Assembly (NCBI GenBank): GCA_964016885.1
Contig: OZ024741.1
Span: 217,930,001-217,994,000 of the forward strand
Reading direction: 5' to 3'
Length of the DNA stretch: 64,000 nucleotides
From: Eledone cirrhosa
Lineage: Eukaryota
Part shown: piece by piece, positions 44,211 to 56,200 of the stretch
Layout of the letters: the number at the start of each line of letters is the position of its first letter
Position numbering within the stretch: the first letter of the stretch is position 1
Notes under the pieces: generated by a model
Databases searched by the model: none
What the model was told of the DNA's origin: nothing
What the model saw: only the letters and a program-made list of their open reading frames with translations
Made by a program: the position numbers and the translations under genes

Positions 44211-47200
44211 TACATAAAAACATGGAGAAATGAAGCCACATACATTGCAAAAAATTCATTTATTTAGTTTTAGTTGCTGAAGAGGAGAGAAGTACCTAGA
44301 ACAATTCTGAATACTTACCGAAGATCCTTTGGCACCAGAGTTAACCATCAACTGAAGGTTGTTCTCAGGGAACTTCACTAGAAGACCAGATGGCATAATG
44401 GCTCTGACAAGGTAAGACATTTAGAAGATGTTAGGAATTACAGAGATAGAAAGTTAAATGCTGTTGGGGAAAAAAGCAAATGAAATGACATTTAGAGCTG
44501 ACTTCCAACTTGGTTGTATTTCATAGGTTTCTTGGATGTTTTTAGCATTTACATTACTCTATATATACTATTGTATTTTCACAGTAAACTCTTTATCTCT
44601 CATAATATCGAATCTATGAGATTTTGATACTATTTATTTTGAGAACAATACCTTAATGTCTGTATGAGTGGCCAGTTACAGCCGGTTTGAACAGAAAGAG
44701 GTGAGAGAATTCTGGCCAAATATGGCCAGTTTAAATGCTAATGATAGGGGTCACAGTCCTGTCATATTGTTACAGCTCACACCTACTGAGGTTAAGATGG
44801 TCTTCTATGGGGTTGTATTTCAAAGGAGGTTTCTCGGGTGTTTTAATGAAAGGGTTCCAGTTCAATAATAAATTTGTTGTTACAGCTCACAGCAATGTAC
44901 GTCTAGCTAGCCTCTTAAGAGGTTTCTTGATGTTTTAATAATGGAGGCCCCCAGTCTGATCATGTTGTTGTTGCTACAGCTCATACATATGTAATTTTAG
45001 CTGGCCACTTTACAAGGTTGTATCTCATAGGGGGTTTCATGGGTGTTATAATGATAGGGGCTCCACTCCTGTCATGTTGTCTTTACATTATATATTCTGT
45101 GTGTACCAGGTTTAGAATAATTACACCATATGCCTGTCTGATGTAAGAGGCAGCTAAAATGGTTGGTGCCAGGAAGGGCATCTTGCTGTAAAACACTGCC
45201 TAAAAAGGGGGCTCCCATAATGAATATGAAACATATCAAGAGGCTGATAAGACTAACCCAAGCTTTAGCAGGAAAGTGGGCTTAACCCTTTAGCATTTAA
45301 ACCAGCCAGAATTCTCTCACTTACTTCCGTTCAAACTGGCTGCTCATACTGATATTAAGGTATTGTTTTCAAAATAAATAATATCAAGATCTCATAAATT
45401 CAATATTATGTGAGATAATTATGCGAGGTAAAGCTTTTACCGTGAAAATACACTAGTAAATATAGAGTAAAGTAAATCCTAAAGGGTTAAAGAGCCAGAC
45501 AAGGTTAACTCTAACTTTAGCAGGAAAAGTGGGATTAAAACATAAATGAACTCCTCCTTACACACACACATATACAATGAAAGAAAATATTTACCGTAAT
45601 ATACTGTTCTGTACATCGTTTGTTATTTTCTTCACTTTATTGTCTAATTCTGCAATCAACATTGGATTATTTCCAAAGACTATCTCAGAGATAGACTTGC
45701 TGTTGTCCCCTAATATCACCTGTAGCTCCTCTCGGGCCTTGTCTATATCGTAACTCTTCACATAGTCTACAATACTTCTCCGCTTCTCATCAGCCTACAA
45801 TGTAAACAGGGAATATGTTACAACATACATACACACACACATATACATATCTCCAAGACAATGTCACTGAACCGAGATCTTTGGCGCTACACAGTAATAC
45901 AGAAGACCCGCCTTACCTAAGTACAAAGTGAAACCTACTACAGTCAGAAGGCACCTCTAACAAAATACACCCCCACCCCATCCACTTCAATGTAAAGTTA
46001 TGTTGGTACCACAACATCCAGCCCGAAACAAATGAGGTTGTGTAGGTGTCACGACAAAAAAACACACAGTCCACGCTGTAATGTTGCCGTGTAGGTAACA
46101 CGGTATAAACCTCCCAGTTCCACACTGTAAATGTGGTTGGTGTTAGGAAGGGCATCCAGCCGTAGAAAACCCGCCAGACAGTCCTATGCGAGCAAGACAA
46201 CCACTCTTGCCTCAAGTGGGAAAACTCCCGTCCAAACCCATGCAAGCGTGGAATATGGACGTTAAACGATGATGATGATGATGATGATGTGTGTATCTAG
46301 AATAAGGATAGGTTGGAAGAAGTTTAGGGAGCTGCTTCCTCTGTTGACAAAGAAGGGTTTCTCCCTGTGTACGAAAGGCCGGTTATATGATGCCCATGTG
46401 AGATGTGTGATGCTGCATGGTAGTGAGACTTGGGCAGCAACTACAGAGGATATGTGACGGCTGGAGAGAAATGAAGCAAGCATGCTCCGTTAGATGTGCA
46501 ATGTCAATGTGTGTGAACGATCAAGCATAGATGAGTTGAAAGAGAAACTGTGTATAAGAGGGATAAGTTGTGGTGTGTAGGAGAGAAGACTGCGGTGGTA
46601 TGGACATGTGATACGCATGGAGGATGACCGCTGGGTAAAGAAGTGCCAAGAAATCCCAGTAGAAGGGAGACGCAGCAGAGGAAGACCACAAAAAACATGG
46701 GCAGAGGTGGTGAGAGCAGACCTCAGATCGCTGAAGCTCACGGAGGAGAGAGACGAAGGACTGTGACAAGTGGAAAGATGCTGTGCTGAATAGGACCTGT
46801 CCCACCTTTGCAAATGGAAAAGCGGACATAAAATGATGATGATATATATATATATATATATTTATACGTGCAAAAAGTTCAGTAAGTCCGGAGAAAACTG
46901 GTGAGAGTACCAATGTCAGCACTCGATGCAGAGCAGAGTGTATATAGTAATAACAAAGTGGAGGTGTTACATATGAGATTTATTGTTTAACCCAGTATAT
47001 AAATGTTTCCCAGGCAGCTGGCTCGTGATCTGGGACCATCATCGCAGACAAGACTCCATGTCATGTTTGAGAAAATCTCAAACAGGTATCATACCATCTG
47101 CAGAAGCTCAAAGAAAGATACCTCCTTTTCAGAGAAGTACTGATAAAATCAGCATATTTTTTTAGCACTGACCCTGTGAGCAGCATTGTATGCCTGTGAT

Positions 47201-50200
47201 GGTTTCAGCTGGAATATAATTGTGATGAACAGGTTGGGTGCATCTCGCAAGGGGTCTAGGGTGAATGAATCAGCAGCTGGCCTCTGCTTTTTCGTGCCCT
47301 TTCATTAGCATATTCCTAATGAAAAACACTCCCATGATTTTCAAATCATTTTGAAAATAACTGAGGAATTGGAGGGGTTTAGGCCCATGACTGAGTAGTT
47401 AGGGGGTTGAATGTAAAGAGGCGTTAGAAACACCACAAAACACTTTATCTGATGCTTTAATGATTTTGTCAATCTCAGACAAGTTGAACTGAAATAATAT
47501 AACCACTATAATGGAATGTGAAGAGAGGAGCAATGATGTTGGAAAACTGACCTGTTTTGTCATTAGAATATCCTTGATTCCCAGGGAAAACCCGTCTTGT
47601 TGAAGGAAACAGGTAAATAGTCGACCAAAACAGGTGAGGAGGTTGGCTGCCACTTCTCCGCCATACAGCTGGAAAATACATACATAATGGAATTGGTGAG
47701 GTACAACACACAAATACATATAGATACATACACACACACACAGCCCAACAGATACAAGCATACACAGGACCACGCAGATACATACATGCACAGGCACACA
47801 CACATGCCCATGCAGATACAGAGAGATAAATATACATGCACACAAATACACACTGATATTTACACATACACTGGTACACACATTCACACATACACCAGTA
47901 CACACAGAGAAACATATATGAACACAAACACAGAGGAAAGGCCTACACAGCCACTAACATGGAAGCCATCTTATGTCAACAGGCACACATATAACCATAT
48001 ACCAGATACACTAGGTGCCTGCTCAGTTAGGGGGCACAATAAACACAGTAGTCATCATATCCTCATCTGCTCTCTTATTCATTCCACCATGATGGCCATA
48101 TTAGGGATGTTTCTCGGTCTGTCAAACCCTCTCATCTCTCCAACATTCACCCTCTCCTATTTCCTGTATCAAAAAAACCCCTGTGTAACAGACCAATCCA
48201 CTATCACAACCTCTTACCTCATAACAACAATGGACTAGTCCATAAGCTGTAGATCCGTACTGACTTTTGTCCAGAACTCCACACAATAGTTCACAGTCTC
48301 GTATTATAACATGACTCTCTCCCATCTGATTTGAAAGAACTCGGTTACAACTTGGGATATACTCATCCAATGTTTTCCACAGCTGAAAAATTCAAATACA
48401 AAAACCTAGACTAAAGTCTGTATCAAGACTGGAGGCTCATTAGTCTGTTGTTCATCCTGGTTCCCTTGGCATTAACCCTTTAGCATTTAAACCGGCCGCA
48501 TCTGGCCAGAATTCTCTCACCTCCTTCTGTTCAAACTGGCCACTCATACTGATGTTAAGGTATTGTTCTCAAAATAAATAACATCAATTCTCATAGATAT
48601 TATATGAAATAAAGTGCTTACTGTGAAAATACAATAGTATATATATATAGAGTAATGTAAATGCTAAAGGGTTAAGCCACTGAGAGTACAAGGCTTACCC
48701 CTGGACAGGATGCCAGTCCATCACAGGGTTAAACTCCCAGCTACTACTGGTACTCATTTTTATCTGAGTATACTGTAGCAATGAGAAATGAAGCTTAAAC
48801 ATTAGACACCTACAGTAAACTGTCAGTTGTTCATAATAAGCTGACGTCTCTCTTGACTCCAATGTTTAGCAATTCGAAAGTCTGTAGGACATTACATGTG
48901 TTTATGTGTATGTGAGTCTACATAGACATCATCACCATTGTTTAATGTCTAGCAAGGGCTAGACGTGTCATCACTGATGAGTCAGTACTCAAGCAGAACC
49001 ACTAACATCCAGATGTGGCTAGGGCCCGCACCCTGCTTACATATGTTCCAATAACTTATTGATTGCTCTGACAGACACAACATATGATCCTACATTTTAT
49101 AGTGTGGCACCAACACTAGAGAAGTTTTGTCATGTCTTTGAGACAGCTGAAGATACTTTCCAACCATTTGTTTGGTAGGTTTTCTATGGCTGTGTGTGTG
49201 TGCATCATCATCATCATCACCATTTAACATCCATTTTCCATGCTAGCATGGGTTAGACAGGTTGTCCTATCTGAGGCAAGTCGAGGTCAGATGACCATGT
49301 CTTCCTCATATAGAACCGATTCTGTGCATATATATACATCATTGTTTTAACATCTGCTTTCCTTGCTAGCAAGGGTTGGATGGGTCCATACAAACCAAGT
49401 CAGTACAGAAATTGAGCCACTGATCTCTCAGGCAGGCCAGGAATCTGTCTCTCTTATCTATGGTTTCACATTCCATTGAGTGCACAGGAAAGGTTGTCCT
49501 GCCTTTGACACAACTGAGGGTCCTCCCAACACTTTGTTTGACCAGCTTTCTATGGCTGGGTACCCTTCCTATCACCAACCACTTTACAGAGTGTACTGAG
49601 TTTATTGTTTATTGTGTAGATCACCAACACTAGGGAGGTTGTCATGTCCTTGACTAGACTGGAGGGTCAAAATACAAGAGTCAAGTAACAACCATATTGT
49701 GTGAGATTTGTTTGGGTAAATTGTAATTTAATATCTTCCTTTCACCTTTTTCTGCCTCACAAGTAGATGAACAATAACTATCAATATTTATCTACTTCTG
49801 TATCTATCTTCAGACAATAAATACAACAGCATCACTGTATCTACCTTCTCATCTATCTGCCTGTTTGTCCATTTATCTATTTACCTACCTACCTGTCTAT
49901 CTCTAGTTATCTATTTATGTATATTTATCAATGTATCTATCTTTAGAAAACAACAAGAACATTGGATCGGAATGTTGTAATCAAGGAATTATTAAATTAA
50001 ATATATTTTACTATAAACCCCATCGTTTTTGACTGGTACTATGGTAGTGTATATATGTATGTAAGTTCCAAAGACTTACCCTTTCTGGAATCTTTGATGT
50101 ACTGTCCATTGTAATCAAAGGTTTATTTTTTGGTATGAGGTTGACCAGTAAAGTTGATATTAACTACAATGAGAGGAGATATACACATATATAGTTTATA

Positions 50201-53200
50201 TAAAGCACTATAAAAAATGTGATTAGGATTGTTTTAGAAATACCAGTACAATGCAAATTACAAATAAAAGGAATGAAAAGCAGTATAACAAAACAACAAT
50301 TTACACTTTTGCTTATATTCATATGATATTTCAGTGTAAGGAACCCATTTTCAAAAGAAAGGAAATAGAATGTGATTGTACTGCTAATGTAGAGATAAGT
50401 GAAACTGTTAACATGAAGAACCCTCTGTAGGTAACAAATTCAGAGAAATCCTATTTGATGCCTATGACAGTAAGGAAGAGGAGTTAGGAATATATGATAG
50501 AGAGAAAAATTATAAATTTCCACAGGACAACCTGCTGGAAGCCATGAGACAAGTCCCAGCAAGACAGAGGGTGACATGGTGGTGGAATGATGTGCACTCA
50601 GTCCACCTTGTAAAGTGGTCATACTAGTGCCACCACAAAAAGCACCCATTCTACCCTATAAGGTGGTCGTGCTGGTGCCACAACAAAAAAGTACAGAGTC
50701 CATCCTGTTGGGTGTTGGATATTCTGGTGCTATGCTGAAAAGCAACCATTGCACTCTAACATCATCCTTATTATTTTATATTTGCATTCCATGCTGGCAT
50801 GGGTTGGATAGGCTGCCAGTCTAAAACCAGACAGGTTGGAGAGACCTCATCTTGCTTATATGTTTCATATTTATCATAGTTTCTACACCTGGGAACTTTT
50901 CCTAAATGCCAACCACCTTACAAGGTTTATTATTTATAAACACGTGAAAAGTGGTTACCTGTAATCAACCACCTTACAAATTGTACTGTTTATAGACGTG
51001 TGAAAATTAATTACCTGTCACCAATCACCTTACAAAATGTACTGTATATATATCTTCTTCTTCGCCCACATATTCCTGAAACACTCCTTCCAGCAGGTCC
51101 TGTCAGAAACAACTGTCTTCAACAGATCCAGCTGGATCCCCAAGCATGACTAGCCAAGCCCATGGCTGTTATCCAACTATCTTGCTCAGGGTCTACCCCT
51201 GGGTCTCCTACCGGTTAGTTTAGCCCCTACAATCTGTCCAGCAATTCTTTCCTGAGGCATTTTAACCAGATGCTCATAGTACTGTTTATATGTAAACTGT
51301 AGTTACCTATAATCAACGACCTGTACAAGGTGTACTATTTATATATGTGTGAAAAGTAGTTACCTGTTTTCCCGACCAAAGTTTCTCAGGTTTAATTATC
51401 GCAGGTGGCAGCAGTTTAATGGTATCAGGTTTATTGACCAATGCACCAAATAACAACTGATTGAACTCCTCTCTGTAATATATAAATATTGATAGCAGGT
51501 CAATATCAAAGAATTATTGATTGATTGATTAGTAAAGAGATGGGAGACCTACACTACCAATTTAGTAGTTACCACACTGATAAGGGCATATGGAAGGTGT
51601 AGGTATAGGAGGGAATCACAGTTGCGGCTCTCCAGTCACCCATGCAGTGTGTGTGTGATGTGAGAGTGATCTTGTGATACTGGTGTACGACACCATCACA
51701 ACAAGAGTCCATGGCAGAGAGGCACTACATCATCCTCATCACAGTCTTATGTCTGTTTATCCATGCTTGAATGGGTTGGATGAGTCTTTTCCACCACAGC
51801 ACACAGCATCCCTCTACTAATCGTGACTCTTCGTCAATTCACCAGTGAGCTTCAGTCATTTGAAATCAGCTCTCAAAACTTCTGCTCAAGTCTTTCTTGG
51901 TCTTCTTCTAGTGTAGCTCCCTTCCACTGTGATTTCTTGGCACTTCTTCACCCAGCGATCATCATGTCCATGTTATATGCATCACATGTTCATACCAGCT
52001 CAGTCTCCTCCCCTGCACACAGCAGTTGATTCTTCTTATATATCCAGCTTTTCTTGCAGACGAAAGAGGAAGGGAATGCAAAACATGATCAAACTTGATA
52101 GCGAGAGGACAGTTACTATATCTGGAATGATACCAACTGAGGAGGAGAGGAGGATGAAGAAGAGGATGGGTAAGCAGATGATGATGATGAGGCAGGAAAT
52201 GTAGACTGACCTTCTGAAAAAACGACCCCGAATGGTAAGCCGTACCCCAGCAATAATGTGATCTTGGATGAGACCTGCCAGTGGGGTTCCATCTTTAGGA
52301 ACGACATATTGGTACTGAGCACTGGCTGAAAGTTGGGGAAAATAACGGAGAAAATATATAAAACAAGGAACATTGGTTTTGATAAGAAAATATCTCAAAT
52401 AAATTGTTTAACCCTTTCATTCCATAAAGGAAGGTCTGCGGGATTGCGTACGGTTTATTTTTTTTTTATCCCGTTTGTAAAATAAGTTGGATTACTTTGA
52501 ATAACTAATGAATGAATATTACATAATTTATCTACTAAATTTCGTGAAAATAAATAATTTAAAATTGACTTCTTTTCATTCAAAGTTGCACTTCTGGTAT
52601 ATCATCGCCATCGCTTCAACTACCATATATATAGAAAGAGAGTGTGTGTGATGAGAGAGATAGAGAGATTATGATTTTCTACACCTGACGCCTATGATTG
52701 TGCACATACATACATCTATATGTAAGAGTATATAACTATAATCGCGCAAACACAAACTTATAAAAATACACTCTCACGGACATAATTCACACAAATACAC
52801 ATATTTTCACACAAATATACATACATTCACACAAACATACATACATTCACACATATACATTTACACAAACACACACATACAGTCATGATACGTTTGGTTT
52901 AATTGGAAATGGGAGGGTAAAACAAGTATAACGTTTTATTTATTTATTAACTCTTTTTTTTTAAACTCATCTAAACTATAATAAAGTAAGAAGTGCGGGA
53001 TTGCGTACGGTTTATAATTTTTTATCCCATTAGTAAAATAAGTTGGATTACTTTGAATAAATAATGAATGAATATTACATAATTTATCTACTAAATTTTG
53101 TGGCTGTTGATTAAATATATTTTGTTTATTAAAGATTCACTTCTTTAAAATTTCTGAAATATCAACACTTCCGGTTGGCCATCGCTTAAATAAACATACT

Positions 53201-56200
53201 AATTTTCTCCTAATGTAGTTTATATATAATATTGTCTTTTTTAATGTATCATGGATTACATTTCTGATTAAATAAGACGATGACACACGACTGTAACCTC
53301 TGGCGTCACACAGAAGACCCGACCCCCCACAGGTACAAGCCGAAACTGAAGCATATAGACAATATTCCCCCCCCCCCACACCCTCCCACTGAAAAGTGGT
53401 CATGGAGGTGCCACGGCAAAAAAGCACCCAGCCCACACTGTAAAGTGGACGTGTAGGCACCACGGAAAAAAAGCACCCAGCACTCACTGTAAATGAGGTT
53501 GGTGTTAGGAAGGGCATCCAGCTGTAGGAATCAAGCCAGAATCAGTTCCCGTATGAGCAAGACAAGGTCAGCCGACCGAACACTGTCCACAACAGGACAA
53601 ACCGTCTAACCCATGCTAGCGTGGAAGAAAGGACGTAAAACGGTGATGATGATGATGATGAGTGTAACGCAGTCTTCGTTCAATTTCTATGTATTATATG
53701 TCAATTACGATTTTATTTGATGTATCATATCTACATGTATATATACTTGCGTATAATATCAACATGCACACTACACATGCTAGCAGAAAACCACCCTTTG
53801 GGTCGTTTTTCTGCTAGTATTTCTAATAAAAGACACTGTCTATGTTGTTTAACCCTTTCATTACCATATTTCTAATAAAAGACACTGTCTATGTTGTTTA
53901 ACCCTTTCATTACCATATTTCTAATAAAAGACACTGTCTATGTTGTTTAACCCTTTCATGACCATATTTCTAATGAAAGACACTGTCTATGTTGTTTAAC
54001 CCTTTCATTACCATATTTCTAATGAAAGACACTGTCTATGTTGTTTAACCCTTCCATTACCATATTTCTAATGAAAGACACTGTCTATGTTGTTTACCCC
54101 TTTCATTACCATATTTCTAATGAAAGACACTGTCTATGTTGTTTAACCCTTTCATGACTATATTTCTAATGAAAGGCACTGTCTATGTTGTTTAACCCTT
54201 TCATGACTATATTTCTAATGAAAGACACTGTCTATGTTGTTTAACCCTTTCATGACCATATTTCTAATGAAAGACACTGTCTATGTTGTTTAACCCTTTC
54301 ATTACCATATTTCTAATAAAAGACACTGTCTATGTTGTTTAACCCTTCCATTACCATATTTCTAATGAAAGACACTGTCTATGTTGTTTAACCCTTTCAT
54401 TACCATATTTCTAATGAAAGACACTGTCTATGTTGTTTAACCCTTTCATGACTATATTTCTAATGAAAGGCACTGTCTATGTTGTTTAACCCTTTCATTA
54501 CCATATTTTGCAAGGTTTTTAGATAAATATAAACACTTTAATCCTTTCGGTACCATATTCAAATAATAGCTTATTGTCTATAATTTTCAAATAATTTTGA
54601 AAATAAAAGTTGGAAGGACTTAGTAATGTAACAAACATTCTGAATATTAAGTTGGTGTTTGGAACATAATAAAGGGTTTTACCTAAACTTGTGTTGGAAG
54701 GTTTTTAGATAAATATTAACACTTTAAAAACAAATAGTCTTATATTGTCAAACCAGAAGTTTTAGGTGGTTTGATATCAAAGAGGTTAATAAGAATATAA
54801 TTTTCAGGTCTTAAACTTCCTTTTCAAATTTCTAAATTTTATTTTTTCAAGTGGACAAAATCAGTATTTGGTAGTAGGCTAAAGGTTTAACCATTTCATT
54901 ACCATATCTCTAATTAAATACCTAGAAAATTTGGCCATTTCATTACAATACCTCTAATTAAATACACTGCATATCAATTTACCAATGAAGAATTTAGCAG
55001 GATTTACTAAAATTATCAAATATTTTATTATTTAGACAGTATTTGCCTTTCATCCATTTAAGGTTGATAAAAAAGTATCAGTCTAGTACTGGGATCGAAT
55101 CTTCCTTTATATCTATCTCTCACTTTTTCTCTTTCACCCTCTCTCCTTCTCTGGAAGAAATTGCCTATGCTTATTCCTGGAAAGGGGATGAGCTCTACCA
55201 TGTTTAAAATACCCAAGGAAGCTGCATGTCACTATGGCACCCCAATGACTCCATCAGAAGATACAGCTCCATAAATATACATTTTTAACAAAAGTTCTAT
55301 TAACCCTTTACCATTTACATTACTCTATATTTATTATTGTATTTTCACGGTAAAGGCTTTACCTCACATAATATCGAATCTATGAGATTTTGATATTGTT
55401 TATTTTGAGAAAAAATACCATAACCCTTTAGTATTTAAACCGGCCAGAATTCTCTCACCTCTTCCTGTTCAAACCAGCCGTAACTGGCCACTCATACTGA
55501 CTTGAAGGTATTGTTATCAAAATCTCATAGTTTCCATATTATGTGGGATAATTGTGTGAGATAAAGCCTTTACCACAAGAATACAATAGTAAATATAGAG
55601 TAATACAAATGCTAAAGGGTTAATATTAGTATGAGTGGCTGGTTACAGCCAGTTTGAACAGAAAGAGGTGAGAGAATTTTGGCTGGATATGGCCAGTTTA
55701 AATGTTAAAGGGTTAAATTATGATTGAAGATTTAAAAAATTTAAACAGGAATTCCTTAAAATAGATGGTTTTGTCTTATAGAATCAGAGGTGGTTTTTTG
55801 AGGGCTGGTACCAAAAAACAAAAAAAAACTCACAAATTTCCTTAGCTTCAGCTCGCCCTAGTTCAGTTTGGGGTACATGGGCTGTCATTTCATCACCATC
55901 AAAATCTGCGTTGTAAGCCTTGCAGTTAGCATAGTGCAGCCTGAAAGTCTTGATGCTGGGTAAAACACGAGCCTGAAAATGAGACAACAGGAGTTAGAGG
56001 GACATGCCTAGGGCTGAACTAGTGGATGTGGATTGGCAGGGTAGAACATTGAAAACTGACCAACCACCACTGTGGCTGCTGCTACCAGGGGGTGGAGGGC
56101 ATGAGGGGTGAGGTGAAGGTGGACGGGAGAGAGGAGGCGTCCGTGAGGCGTGTGTTGGATGAGGTAGGGTGAATGAGAGTAAGGGGGTGGGGGTGGTAGA

